Shown here piece by piece: positions 1-10,388 of a stretch of 64,000 bases of DNA. A program made the position numbers and the translations under genes. This DNA comes from Algoriphagus sp. (GTDB taxonomy: Bacteria > Bacteroidota > Bacteroidia > Cytophagales > Cyclobacteriaceae). How positions within the stretch are numbered: the first letter of the stretch is position 1; each line of letters opens with the position of its first letter. The DNA lies in contig JAJTDZ010000011.1 of NCBI GenBank assembly GCA_021298245.1, positions 17,247 through 81,246 on the forward strand, written 5' to 3'. The notes under the pieces are model-generated. The model did no database searches, had not been told where the DNA came from, and saw only the letters and a list, made by a program, of their open reading frames with translations.

Positions 1-433
1 CTTTTGATGGATCGTATAGACAAATGTCAAAATTGGGGAGCTCCTTCAGATCTAGGGAATTCCATTTTTCTAAAATAAATCCCTGTTCTAAAACCTTAAT
101 TTTTTTTCCAAAAACGTAATCATTCAATACCGAAGGAACCCCATCCTTTCTCCGCAACTTTACTGCGGTAGGTCCAAAGAGAATTTGCTTCTCAAGTTTA
201 GCCTCAAAAAAATCTTCCGATTGAGGCAGAACCTCCCATTCGGAAGCTACCACAATTCTCTTGGTTCTGTCGGGTTTTATTCTAGTAATTATCTTTGAGA
301 ATGCGGAAAATAAGTAAGTAATGCCAATGAAAACTAAACCAAAACTTGCCAAAATGGGATAGGAAAGAATAAAAATTCCATTCCAAATCACACGGAAAAT
401 GTGGTAAAAGAATAAATGGGGTTTAGATTTCAA
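1..433 (-). CDS. Hypothetical membrane-anchored protein, partial (runs off the left edge)
   Basis: Manual translation from TTG at 433: MKSKPHLFFYHIFRVIWNGIFILSYPILASFGLVFIGITYLF...LYDPSK. No stop over 144 codons, N-terminal hydrophobic segment, same strand as the LysM gene. Not in the ORF track. Confidence 0.7.
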   Translation of the reverse strand, partial: MKSKPHLFFYHIFRVIWNGIFILSYPILASFGLVFIGITYLFSAFSKIITRIKPDRTKRIVVASEWEVLPQSEDFFEAKLEKQILFGPTAVKLRRKDGVPSVLNDYVFGKKIKVLEQGFILEKWNSLDLKELPNFDICLYDPSK

Positions 434-476
434 TTTTTATGTATAAGGCAAAATAAAAATTTCATTTAGCTTTTAT

Positions 477-1706
477 TTAGTAGGCAATCTCTACAGGAAA
501 TCTGGGATTAACCGCCTTCAATTGATCAAATGCTGCTTGAGAAAGCTTTATCAACAGTTTTGAATTGTCTCCTATATCTGGCAATACTCCTACCACACGA
601 GCAAAAATGGTTAGTTCATTCTCTTCATTTTTTACTCGTATTACACTTCCTACCGGAGCAGTTCTATGTAGAACTAAGTATTTAGTATGACCTGAGGTGC
701 CCTCAATTAATTCTGCAAGACCCATTTCCTTGGTATTAGTGAATCCTGTTGGCACCATAGGTGTTGAAGTATTAGTAATTTGTGTGTCAGTAGACTTTAC
801 TTTCTCTTCTTCTGATGATGTAGGCAGTGAAGATGGAGAACTTACATTTTTCTTCACCTTAAGGGATTGACCCACTTTTAAATTATTAGAATTTAGGGCG
901 TTCCACTGGATCAAATCTTCCACAGAAGATCCATATAGGTTTGCGATGGAGAACAAAGTTTCTCCTTGCTTCACCGCATGCGCAAGCCACTCTGCAGCAG
1001 AAGAAGCAATCGGTGTAGGGTTTGAATTAGGTCGGTTTTCTACTTCCTGGTTATCTGCATTTTCTTTCTTTTCTTGACTTTCATTCCTTTTACTTTCCCT
1101 AGGTGCAGGCTGGCCTTCCACATTTGACGAGGGAGTGGAGGAATTCGAAGTAGAGGAAGATGAATCTTGAGTTGGAGTTGAGGTAAATACCACAAGGGAT
1201 TGGCCTACAATAACCTTATCAGCCGTAAGGGAATTCCAGGATTTTAAATCAAAAACGGTAATTCCGTATTTTTTTGCAATGCCAAATAAGGTTTCACCTG
1301 CCTTCACCACATGACGTGTGCTGGATTTTGATTCAGTACTTGGAATCGACACCTCTACTTGGGGAGTGATTGATTCAGACTTGTTTACCTGAACTTGCTC
1401 ATTTCCGGGTATTTCATTGGTTACGGTTTCAGATGTTCCAAAAGGAATCAAGATCTTTTGATCTGCCTTCAATCCTTGCTTAAGTATTTCATTAGCACTC
1501 TGAATGGCACCTATAGGAACCGCATACCTCCTTGAAATTGAAAATAAGGTTTCCTGGTTAGACACTTGGTGAACGATGTACATTTTGTCCCCTACTCGTT
1601 GCATTCCAATGGAATCCCTTTCGTAAGTTGGCATTTCTTTGGCAATGGAAAGGCTGCATACCGCCATAAGAAAATTAAGAGATGCAAAGCGGACAAATGA
1701 AAACAT
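477..1706 (-). CDS. LysM peptidoglycan-binding protein (3 LysM repeats, C-terminal RlpA/DPBB-like region)
   Basis: Three LysM motifs (HQVSNQETLFSISRRY, HVVKAGETLFGIAKKY, HAVKQGETLFSIANLY), Ser/Pro-rich linkers and an N-terminal signal peptide. Confidence 0.85.
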   Translation of the reverse strand: MFSFVRFASLNFLMAVCSLSIAKEMPTYERDSIGMQRVGDKMYIVHQVSNQETLFSISRRYAVPIGAIQSANEILKQGLKADQKILIPFGTSETVTNEIPGNEQVQVNKSESITPQVEVSIPSTESKSSTRHVVKAGETLFGIAKKYGITVFDLKSWNSLTADKVIVGQSLVVFTSTPTQDSSSSTSNSSTPSSNVEGQPAPRESKRNESQEKKENADNQEVENRPNSNPTPIASSAAEWLAHAVKQGETLFSIANLYGSSVEDLIQWNALNSNNLKVGQSLKVKKNVSSPSSLPTSSEEEKVKSTDTQITNTSTPMVPTGFTNTKEMGLAELIEGTSGHTKYLVLHRTAPVGSVIRVKNEENELTIFARVVGVLPDIGDNSKLLIKLSQAAFDQLKAVNPRFPVEIAY

Positions 1707-1903
1707 AGGATTAAAAGAGTTTGGGTGGATAAAAAAAAGAATGCTCTCTTCGTATTAACAAAAATAATGCTAAAAAAAGTCAGTAACTAAAAAATGACTT
1801 ACTTCCGAAATAAAAGCTTTGCTTGGATGTAAGGTTAGTTTTTGTATTTAACTATAGAAGGATAGCCTTCAAATTGCTATCTTTTGATTTGAAAATTTTA
1901 GGC

Positions 1904-3250
1904 ATGTATAGAAACCTTCTTTTTCTTCTTTTTGGACTTATTTCCTCTACAAGTGTTCTCTTTGCTCAAGGAACCGGGAAAAAGGTTTTTACCTTCGCTA
2001 TTGATCAAGACATAGATCCCGTCATGAATCGGAAGGTACAATTGGCTATGGAACAAGCTGAATTACAAAAAGCGGACCTAATCTTAATCGAAATGGACAC
2101 CTATGGTGGAGCTGTGACCGATGCCGATGAAATACGAACTCGAATTTTAGAATCTAAAATCCCTGTTTATGTATTTATCAATAAGGACGCTGCATCTGCT
2201 GGAGCCCTCATCTCAATTGCCTGCGATAGCATTTATATGGCTCCTGGATCCAGTATAGGTGCTGCTACAGTGGTCAATGGAGCTGACGGTACTGCTGCTC
2301 CAGATAAGTACCAATCCTACATGAGGTCCATGATGAGAAGTACAGCAGAAGCTAGGGGAAGAGATCCTAGAATTGCAGAGGCCATGGTAGATGAAAAAAT
2401 TGTGGTCGAAGGGATTTCTGATTCTAGTTCAGTCGTCACATTTTCTGTCTCTGAGGCAATAGCCAATGGGTTTTGCGAAGGGGAGTTTTCAAGCCAATCC
2501 GCCATCTTGGAAGCTCAAAACTTAAGCGACGCTACCGTAATTACCTACGAGGAGAAGACTATTGATTCCATTATTGGATTTTTCTTACATCCAGCGATAA
2601 GCGGAATTCTGATTTTAATGATCATTGGAGGAATTTATTTTGAATTGCAATCGCCAGGGATTGGATTTCCTTTGGTACTGGCTATTGTAGCAACCTTGTT
2701 ATATTTTATTCCCTATTACCTCAATGGTTTGGCAGATAACTGGGAAATATTGGCATTTATAGTGGGTATCGTTTTGCTTGCTATAGAATTGCTTGTTCTG
2801 CCCGGCTTTGGGGTATTTGGTGTAGCAGGTATTGTTCTGATCTTGACTGGACTGGTATTGGGAATGCTTCCAAACGAAGTGTTTAATTTTGATTATGTGC
2901 CTACCTCCCAACTCCTCTCCTCGATACTCACCGTAATACTTGCCTCATTAGCATCCGTGGGAGTCCTGATTTGGCTTACGCCTAAAGTGAATCAATGGGG
3001 TGCTTTCAAGCACCTGACACTTGCAGGTACCCTAGATCGGGATGCTGGTTATGTGTCCTCTAGCTATGCTAGTGACCTTTTAGGTAAAAGAGGAAAAGTC
3101 CATTCTCGATTAAGGCCTAGTGGAAGAATAGATATTGAGGGTGTGATTTATGATGCATATTCTAGGGGGGAATTCTTGGAAGAAGGTGAAGATATAGAAG
3201 TAATATCAACCGAGGGAACTTCCTTGCGGGTAAAAAAAATAGAAACCTAA
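1904..3250 (+). CDS. NfeD family membrane-bound serine protease (ClpP-class N-domain)
   Basis: MDTYGG and AASAGALI motifs, TM bundle and C-terminal OB-fold (LRPSGRI...VRVKK-like). Start moved to ATG 1904 (MYRNLL signal peptide). Confidence 0.85.
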   Translation: MYRNLLFLLFGLISSTSVLFAQGTGKKVFTFAIDQDIDPVMNRKVQLAMEQAELQKADLILIEMDTYGGAVTDADEIRTRILESKIPVYVFINKDAASAGALISIACDSIYMAPGSSIGAATVVNGADGTAAPDKYQSYMRSMMRSTAEARGRDPRIAEAMVDEKIVVEGISDSSSVVTFSVSEAIANGFCEGEFSSQSAILEAQNLSDATVITYEEKTIDSIIGFFLHPAISGILILMIIGGIYFELQSPGIGFPLVLAIVATLLYFIPYYLNGLADNWEILAFIVGIVLLAIELLVLPGFGVFGVAGIVLILTGLVLGMLPNEVFNFDYVPTSQLLSSILTVILASLASVGVLIWLTPKVNQWGAFKHLTLAGTLDRDAGYVSSSYASDLLGKRGKVHSRLRPSGRIDIEGVIYDAYSRGEFLEEGEDIEVISTEGTSLRVKKIET

Positions 3251-3419
3251 GCTAAATGTTTAATTATTTTTGAACCATTAGAATCGAATAGGAAAATAAA
3301 TCAGAGAAGGAAGTACAGGTACTAAGGACTTACATAAAATACTTAGTGGCCTGCTGCAATTGATCCAAAAGTGAAGGAAATGATGTCAATATTCTTTCTG
3401 TATTTTCCCAACTAAAGAG

Positions 3420-4169
3420 TTGCCCATGAATAAATGGAATAGAAGAATATACACCTACTTCGCGGGGGCATCTTTTCTGCTAACCTTCTTTACGATATTT
3501 CCTTTTTTTCTCACCTGTATTTGGGTGCCTTCGTGGAAGAAATGGGGGAGGAAAATCAACCGAATCTGGGCCAAGGTTTATTTTTCTATGATTTTTTTGC
3601 CCGTACAAGTAATGTCTGAGGAGAAATTGAAAAAAAATGTTCCTTACATTTTTTTAGCCAATCATTTTAGCTACCTCGACGTGGCCATGATGGGATTTAT
3701 CCCTGGAGATGTTCTTTTTGTGGGAAAAGCATCTATCCGAAAAATTCCATTTTTCGGATATTATTTCAAAAAGTTACATATAGCTGTTGAACGAAGCAAT
3801 GTGAAAAGCAGGGCTGAGACCATGAGGAGAGCTGCAGAAGCCTTGGAAAACGGTAGTGGAATCGTATTATTTCCTGAAGGCGGTATCTATACAGATGATC
3901 CGCCTTACATGGTTCCTTTCAAAGATGGGGCTTTTCGCTTATCTATAGAAAAACAAATACCTATAGTACCGGTCACACTATCCTACAATCATGTAATTTT
4001 ACCCAACGAAAAGGAAATTCTTTTTCTGAGAACTCCTGCCAAAATGGTAATTCATACTCCCTTACAACCAAATGAATTTGAATCATTAGAAGTTCTAAAA
4101 GAAAAGTGTTTCGAAGTAATTCAAAGGCAATTGCTGGAAGATAATCCTGATTCAAAATTGAGGCCTTAA
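3420..4169 (+). CDS. Lysophospholipid (1-acyl-sn-glycerol-3-phosphate) acyltransferase, PlsC family
   Basis: NHFSYLD (HX4D) and FPEG motifs. Confidence 0.85.
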   Translation: MPMNKWNRRIYTYFAGASFLLTFFTIFPFFLTCIWVPSWKKWGRKINRIWAKVYFSMIFLPVQVMSEEKLKKNVPYIFLANHFSYLDVAMMGFIPGDVLFVGKASIRKIPFFGYYFKKLHIAVERSNVKSRAETMRRAAEALENGSGIVLFPEGGIYTDDPPYMVPFKDGAFRLSIEKQIPIVPVTLSYNHVILPNEKEILFLRTPAKMVIHTPLQPNEFESLEVLKEKCFEVIQRQLLEDNPDSKLRP

Positions 4170-4208
4170 AAAGGCCAAGATTTGGCTTAAGGTAAAGCAT
4201 ATACCAAC

Positions 4209-4496
4209 ATGACGCTTGATAAAACGACTCTTAAGAAAATTGCTCAATTGGCAAAATTGAAATTTGATCCAAGTGCGGAAGAAAGCATGCTAAAAGACAT
4301 GAAGCAGCTCCTCAGTTGGGTAGAGCAACTCCAAGAAGTAGATACCAAAGACGTGAAACCCCTCACTAGCATGTCCTCAGAAGTCAATGCACTAAGGGAA
4401 GACAAAGTCGGAATGCATTTGGAACACAGCAAAGCCTTAGAAAATGCACCAAAACAAGACGGTAGTTTTTTTAGAGTTCCCAAAGTGGTAGAGTAA
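4209..4496 (+). CDS. gatC: Asp-tRNA(Asn)/Glu-tRNA(Gln) amidotransferase subunit C
   Basis: 95 aa with KIAQLAKL...LRED...NAP...FFRVPKV signature. Confidence 0.92.
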   Translation: MTLDKTTLKKIAQLAKLKFDPSAEESMLKDMKQLLSWVEQLQEVDTKDVKPLTSMSSEVNALREDKVGMHLEHSKALENAPKQDGSFFRVPKVVE

Positions 4497-4503
4497 ACCC
4501 TAC

Positions 4504-7245
4504 ATGAATTCCTCAACTAAAAAATCAATTCTTTCTATTCCAAGCATCATTTTCCTTGGGATAGGTGTTTTACTGGCATGTTCTTCTAGGATTGGAATAC
4601 AACTTCCTTATCCTAACCTTCAGTTGGCTTCTTTTTTAGATAGACTTCCTGTTCCATTCAATACAGTAGACTTTGGTGTATTTGTCGTACCTATTGAAGT
4701 GGATTTGGTATTGGTTTTTCAAAATTATCATGCCTTACAAATACCTTATACGCTTCTTGAAAGCTTAATTTTTGGAAGTGTGGTCCTGTTGGTCTCCATT
4801 ACCACACTAGCATACATCAGTCAATTTCAAAGAATTCAATTTTTAGGGGCAGGGATTGGGTGGATTATTCTGCTTACCTTATTCAATGCCAATGGCCTAA
4901 ATGTAGGAGGAGCCAATGCCAACATCCCTCTCATTTTATTACTAATTGGAACTCTAGGGCCCACAATTTACCTTCAATTTTGGAGCACTAGCCTGTCATT
5001 TTGGAAAAGATGGCTGCTTATCGCTTTTTTTACAAGTATTACCATAGGCCTACTTTGCTATTTAAGTTCCATCTCCCAACCTAGTCTATACCTTGCTGAA
5101 CAAAGCTTGATTTTGGCTTTAGCTATGAGTTTGGTTTGGGTAGCTTGGCAAGGGCATGGATTACTTTCTGGAAGTATTATATTAATCTCAAAAGCCAATC
5201 GGGGTTTAAAAACAAAGACATGGATTCAAATCTTATGTATAGGAATCTTTTGGCTTGGGCTACTTTTTTGCTTAGTGCTTCAACTAAGTGGAGATCTTAA
5301 TTTAGGATTTCCTGCTTCTTACAGCCTCTGGCTATTGTTTCCATTGGGAGTTTTAGGGTGGATCTCAACCCAAGAAAAAATCAAGCAGTCAGCATCTTTG
5401 GCTGGAAGTATAAAGGAATTTTCCGGTCTATATATCCTTGGATTTGGACTTTCCCTATGGACAACATGGAAAATTAGTATGGCTGCTAATCAAGCTGCAG
5501 AAGATCTTTTTACCCATGTCTTTTTGTATTCCCAACTGGGGTTTTCCGTGTTTTTTTTCATTTACCTGTTGGTAAATTTCTCCCCCCTACTCAAAGAGGG
5601 TAAGGCAGTACATCTCGTACTTTACAAACCCTTTGTATTGCCCTACTACCACCTTAGACTGGGAGGTACGATTGGTATGTTGGTATTAATCACCTTTTTC
5701 GATGCCATTGTAGCCAACCAAATCCGCTCCACTACAAGCAATATTCTAGGAGATTATTACTACCAAACGGAAGAACCCTTGGCAGCAAGTATATTTTACG
5801 AAGATAGTTGGGATCAGTATCGTCACAATCCTAAGGCCAAGTACCTCATTGCGCAACTCTTGATGCAACTCAAGCAGCCTAGCCTAGCGAAAGAACACCT
5901 AGAAGAAAGTTTTGCCGAAGCCCCACAAGTAGACAATATTATCCTGCTAAGTGAGCGGTTACAAAGGGAAAATAAACCCTTGGAGGCATTGTATTATTTG
6001 GAAAATGGCTTAAAAATATTTCCCAATAATCCTTTCTTAAGCCAAAATCTTGCTTTGGTATACACCCTTTTGCAGCGCAAGGAAGATGCCTTAGCCTTGA
6101 TCACCGATAGTCCTTCCACCACAGCGATTTTACCCTCCACCTGGTTAGCTATGCAACTCAAACTGGGTAATATCCCTGACCTCTCACTTTACCAACATAG
6201 AGATTTGGTTGGCCTAATCAATGAGGTGGCAGCACGTAGAAAAAAAGGAGAAGAAATTTCCCAGGAAGAATGGGAAAAGCTAAGGTCCTTAATCGAAAAA
6301 GAATCTTCTCCCATGCTGATTCATGCCGGCTATAGAAATTTATTGGCTAACCCAAATTTGAATGATCCAAGCAAGGAGATTGCCTTGTTAGATTCCTTGG
6401 TATTACAAGAAGAATTTCTCCCCTTTACCATGCAGCTTCAGGAAACGGCCCAGTTAAGAAATTTAGGGGCAGGTAAAATAGCCGAGGCTATAAAAAATCT
6501 AAATGGACTCGCTTTTAGAAATCCTGGAGATGCAGCTTATTATTTAAACCTTACCGGACTTATTCACGCCCAGCAACTTGATTTTGAAAAGGCGATTAGA
6601 GATTTTAACTACTCTAAAGAAAAAGGCTTTTCAGCTCCTACAACCGTACACCTTGCCTTGCTTAGCCAGGATTCCTTGGCTGTAGAAAATCAAACAGAAA
6701 CGGTTCAAAATGACTTATGGAAGCAAAATTGGCTCTCTCGATTTAATGCCTCTTTGGCTGAAAAATTATTTCAAGAATGGAAATCCTTCCCCACATCTCT
6801 TTTTAAACAAGTGGTAGCCAAGCGCCTGCTAGCACAAAAAGCACATGGTTTAGATTCAGACCAACTCCAATCCCTTACTGCTTACCTTAAAGAGGGCAAT
6901 TCGATTCCTGATGATCTTTTGGTTTTTTTTAAGGAAGTAGACTGGAGCAATCCCGGCTCCCTGAAGCCTTTTCTTGAATTTTTAAACGTTGGCGAGGTCC
7001 TAACGGCCAATCCCTACCTCACTCCCCTAATCATGAGCGCAGCGGATCAAGAGAAGGACCTGTTGGCTCGCTATGAAATCCTAAATGCTGCAAGCGAATT
7101 CAACAAAGATCCCCAACTTTGGATGCGAAAAATTGAAGCTGCAAGCCAATTGGGATTGGTGAATTATGCCAATGAAGCCCTGCTTCAGCTACGGGAATGG
7201 ATGCCTGATGATACCATTCAACCCAAATCAGCTACCAAGAATTAA
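4504..7245 (+). CDS. Large polytopic membrane protein with C-terminal TPR-like helical region
   Basis: Many hydrophobic helices in the first ~400 aa, followed by TPR-like repeats (ALYYLENGLKIFPNN). Confidence 0.65.
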   Translation: MNSSTKKSILSIPSIIFLGIGVLLACSSRIGIQLPYPNLQLASFLDRLPVPFNTVDFGVFVVPIEVDLVLVFQNYHALQIPYTLLESLIFGSVVLLVSITTLAYISQFQRIQFLGAGIGWIILLTLFNANGLNVGGANANIPLILLLIGTLGPTIYLQFWSTSLSFWKRWLLIAFFTSITIGLLCYLSSISQPSLYLAEQSLILALAMSLVWVAWQGHGLLSGSIILISKANRGLKTKTWIQILCIGIFWLGLLFCLVLQLSGDLNLGFPASYSLWLLFPLGVLGWISTQEKIKQSASLAGSIKEFSGLYILGFGLSLWTTWKISMAANQAAEDLFTHVFLYSQLGFSVFFFIYLLVNFSPLLKEGKAVHLVLYKPFVLPYYHLRLGGTIGMLVLITFFDAIVANQIRSTTSNILGDYYYQTEEPLAASIFYEDSWDQYRHNPKAKYLIAQLLMQLKQPSLAKEHLEESFAEAPQVDNIILLSERLQRENKPLEALYYLENGLKIFPNNPFLSQNLALVYTLLQRKEDALALITDSPSTTAILPSTWLAMQLKLGNIPDLSLYQHRDLVGLINEVAARRKKGEEISQEEWEKLRSLIEKESSPMLIHAGYRNLLANPNLNDPSKEIALLDSLVLQEEFLPFTMQLQETAQLRNLGAGKIAEAIKNLNGLAFRNPGDAAYYLNLTGLIHAQQLDFEKAIRDFNYSKEKGFSAPTTVHLALLSQDSLAVENQTETVQNDLWKQNWLSRFNASLAEKLFQEWKSFPTSLFKQVVAKRLLAQKAHGLDSDQLQSLTAYLKEGNSIPDDLLVFFKEVDWSNPGSLKPFLEFLNVGEVLTANPYLTPLIMSAADQEKDLLARYEILNAASEFNKDPQLWMRKIEAASQLGLVNYANEALLQLREWMPDDTIQPKSATKN

Positions 7246-7317
7246 GACTTTTGTTGTATTTTTAACACCATCTCCGCATAGATTAGAATACTAAACCACT
7301 AGAAAAGAAAAATTGAC

Positions 7318-8034
7318 ATGAGCAAGGTCATTGAAACCCACGAAATCAACAAAACCTATAAAATGGGTTCTGAAATAATTCAAGCGCTTAAGTCCGTAAG
7401 TATCACTGTAGATAAAGGCGAATATGTGGCCTTTATGGGTCCTTCAGGATCAGGAAAATCAACTTTGATGAACATTATCGGTTGCCTTGACTCCCCTACT
7501 TCAGGAACCTATATTTTGGCAGGCAAGGACGTAAGCGATATGAGTGAAAACGAACTTGCAGATATCCGAAATAAAGAAATTGGCTTTGTTTTTCAAACCT
7601 TCAACCTCCTTCCTAGAGCTACCTGCTTAGATAACGTAGCCCTTCCCTTGGTATACGCGGGCTATTCCAAAGCAGAGCGTGAAGAAATCGCTTTCAAAGC
7701 CTTGGAAAATGTGGGTTTGGCAGATAGAACAAGTCATAAGCCCAATGAGCTATCCGGGGGACAAAGACAGCGTGTGGCCATTGCCAGGGCATTAGTCAAC
7801 AGCCCCTCTATCATTCTTGCCGATGAGCCTACAGGTAATCTAGATTCAAAAACTTCCTATGGAATTATGGAACTCTTTCATGAGCTTCATTCCAAAGGAA
7901 ATACCATCATTATGGTTACCCACGAAGATGATATTGCCCATTATGCCCACCGAGTAGTTAGGCTAAGGGATGGTTTGGTGGAGTCAGATAAGGTCAATCC
8001 CAACCCTACCCGAGGAGTGGCAGTTCCGGCCTAA
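7318..8034 (+). CDS. ABC transporter ATP-binding protein (LolD/MacB-like)
   Basis: Walker A GPSGSGKS, signature LSGGQRQR, Walker B ILADEPT. Confidence 0.92.
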   Translation: MSKVIETHEINKTYKMGSEIIQALKSVSITVDKGEYVAFMGPSGSGKSTLMNIIGCLDSPTSGTYILAGKDVSDMSENELADIRNKEIGFVFQTFNLLPRATCLDNVALPLVYAGYSKAEREEIAFKALENVGLADRTSHKPNELSGGQRQRVAIARALVNSPSIILADEPTGNLDSKTSYGIMELFHELHSKGNTIIMVTHEDDIAHYAHRVVRLRDGLVESDKVNPNPTRGVAVPA

Positions 8035-8092
8035 TTGCTTTTGCTTTCAGGCCTCAACCTAAAAATCCATTCGTAGTTGAAATAAGAAGTAA

Positions 8093-8641
8093 ATGAAAAT
8101 CTATACCAAAACAGGAGACCAAGGAATCACTTCACTTTTAGGAGGGGTGCGTGTGCCCAAATCAGACCTACGTATAGATGCATATGGATCAATCGATGAA
8201 TTGAACTCCTACATTGGCTTGCTAAGAGATCAAGAAGTAAATCATAAAAGAGCTATCGTTCTCAAAGAAATTCAAGACAGGTTATTTACCATAGGAGCTG
8301 ATTTGGCCACAGTACCTGGCAAAGAAAATGTGAAAAAACCTGATTTATTTGCAAAAGACGTTGAACTCTTAGAAGCAGAAATCGATGCCATGGATGAGGA
8401 ATTACCCGTATTGACTGCATTTATTCTTCCAGGAGGTCATCCTTCTGTATCCTTTTGCCATGTGGCTAGGACAGTGTGTAGGCGAGCAGAACGGGTGGTG
8501 GTAGAACTGGCCTCCGAAGAACATGTTTCCGAATTGGTAATTCGCTATTTAAATCGACTCTCCGATTATCTATTTGTGCTAGGTAGAAAAATGTGCCAAG
8601 AGCTGCAAGTCGAAGAATTGACTTGGAAGCCTAGGAGGTAA
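8093..8641 (+). CDS. ATP:cob(I)alamin adenosyltransferase, PduO type
   Basis: KIYTKTGD..G.T, RRAER and YLNRLSD motifs. Confidence 0.92.
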   Translation: MKIYTKTGDQGITSLLGGVRVPKSDLRIDAYGSIDELNSYIGLLRDQEVNHKRAIVLKEIQDRLFTIGADLATVPGKENVKKPDLFAKDVELLEAEIDAMDEELPVLTAFILPGGHPSVSFCHVARTVCRRAERVVVELASEEHVSELVIRYLNRLSDYLFVLGRKMCQELQVEELTWKPRR

Positions 8642-8701
8642 TGCTTACCTTTTAAAATCACATTAAACTAGAAAATTATTACCCACCTTCACCTATTACC
8701 T

Positions 8702-9769
8702 ATGGCTTCTCCCATTTCCATTTCCATACTTAAATCTCCTCATTCAAAAATCAAAGAAATTGACTTTACCTCCTTGGCGTTTGGTAAAGTAGTCTCTGAC
8801 CACATGTTTGTGGCGGATTTTAAAGATGGATCTTGGGGTGATTTTAGAATAGAGCCCTATGGACCTATGGAAATTCATCCCGCAAATGCTACCCTACATT
8901 ATGGACAAGCCATTTTTGAAGGGATGAAAGCCTACAAAAATGCCAAGGGAGAGGTGTTGGTGTTTAGAGCTGAAGCAAATGCCAAAAGGTTAAATGAGTC
9001 AGCAAAAAGAATGTGCATGCCCCAGCTTCCAGAGGAAGTATTTTTGGAAGGGCTAAAGAAATTATTGGACCTGGATAGGGATTGGGTGCCCCAAGAAAAA
9101 GGTTCAAGTCTATACATTCGTCCATTTATGTTTGCTATGGACAATTACATCGGAGTAAAACCCTCTGAAAATTACCGATTTATGATTTTTACTTGTCCGG
9201 TAGGTGCTTACTACAGCAAACCCGTATCGGTAAAAGTAGAAACTACCTACACAAGAGCAGTAGAAGGGGGTACAGGGGAAGCCAAGGCTGCAGGCAACTA
9301 TGCCGCATCGCTCTATCCTGCATTACTGGCGCAAAAGGAGGGATACGACCAATTGCTGTGGACCGACGGCAAATCCCATACCCAGATCGAGGAAAGTGGT
9401 ACCATGAACGTAATGTTTAAAATCAATGGAAAAGTAATCACAGCACCTACTACCACAGGGACCATTCTGAAGGGGGTAACAAGGGATTCGGTTATTCAAC
9501 TTGCCAAAGACTGGGGGCAGCCTATTGAAGAACGATTTCTTTCGGTAGCTGCCTTGCAAGAAGCCTTAGAAAATGGAACCTTAGAAGAAGCGTTTGGGGT
9601 AGGTACAGCAGCTACGATAGCTTTTATCGAAAAGATACAAATCCAAGGGAAAGACTACCTTCTACCCTCCTATTCTTCCCATTCTTTTTCTAAAAAAGTA
9701 CTTGCTGCATTGGATGGAATCAAATACGGGGAGATATCAGATCCCCATTCCTGGATCATAAAAATCTAA
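8702..9769 (+). CDS. ilvE: Branched-chain amino acid aminotransferase
   Basis: LHYGQAIFEGMKAY, LYIRP, AKAAGNY (PLP lysine), LKGVTR. Confidence 0.92.
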   Translation: MASPISISILKSPHSKIKEIDFTSLAFGKVVSDHMFVADFKDGSWGDFRIEPYGPMEIHPANATLHYGQAIFEGMKAYKNAKGEVLVFRAEANAKRLNESAKRMCMPQLPEEVFLEGLKKLLDLDRDWVPQEKGSSLYIRPFMFAMDNYIGVKPSENYRFMIFTCPVGAYYSKPVSVKVETTYTRAVEGGTGEAKAAGNYAASLYPALLAQKEGYDQLLWTDGKSHTQIEESGTMNVMFKINGKVITAPTTTGTILKGVTRDSVIQLAKDWGQPIEERFLSVAALQEALENGTLEEAFGVGTAATIAFIEKIQIQGKDYLLPSYSSHSFSKKVLAALDGIKYGEISDPHSWIIKI

Positions 9770-9786
9770 CCTAGGTCTGTTTTGAC

Positions 9787-10320
9787 ATGAACAGGATAGC
9801 CTTTTTTTTATCCTTTAAAACTTTTCTTTTATGGGCTTTGCTGGGGGTGTTAAGTTTGGGAAAAGCCCAATGCCAAGGAGAGAAATTTATCCTACTAAAA
9901 AGAGGAAATAATCAGCATACCCAACTTCGAATTTATCCTGGGGAGACCCTTACTTATAAAAGTAAAGCCCTGGGATATTTTGTCAGCGATGTGGTGGTAG
10001 ACATAGATACGGACTATATATACCTTTCAGAAAATATACTCAAGCCCTCCGATCTTGTGGCTATTGATATCCGGGACAAGGACCCAAGAAATAGGTCCTT
10101 AAAACAGCTATCCACCTTATTTTTGGGAGCAGGAAGTATGGCCATTGCCTTGGAAGGCATCAATAATCTTTACCGGGAAAATAGATTTTATATAAATCCT
10201 GGCTTGGCTTCTGTGTCGGCAGTGCTGTTGGGAGTAGGTATTGGATTAATCCCCTGGAAGTACACTTATTTTACTCTCTCCTCAAAAAATAAAGTGCAAT
10301 TGGTGGAATTAGGCATGTAG
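9787..10320 (+). CDS. Hypothetical exported/membrane protein
   Basis: 177-aa ORF with a signal-like N-terminus and C-terminal hydrophobic segments, co-oriented in the operon. Confidence 0.65.
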   Translation: MNRIAFFLSFKTFLLWALLGVLSLGKAQCQGEKFILLKRGNNQHTQLRIYPGETLTYKSKALGYFVSDVVVDIDTDYIYLSENILKPSDLVAIDIRDKDPRNRSLKQLSTLFLGAGSMAIALEGINNLYRENRFYINPGLASVSAVLLGVGIGLIPWKYTYFTLSSKNKVQLVELGM

Positions 10321-10388
10321 TAATAGAGATTTCTGGTAAAAGCCATATTTTTTATAGATTTTTGCACCTTCATTAACCCACTAGAAAG

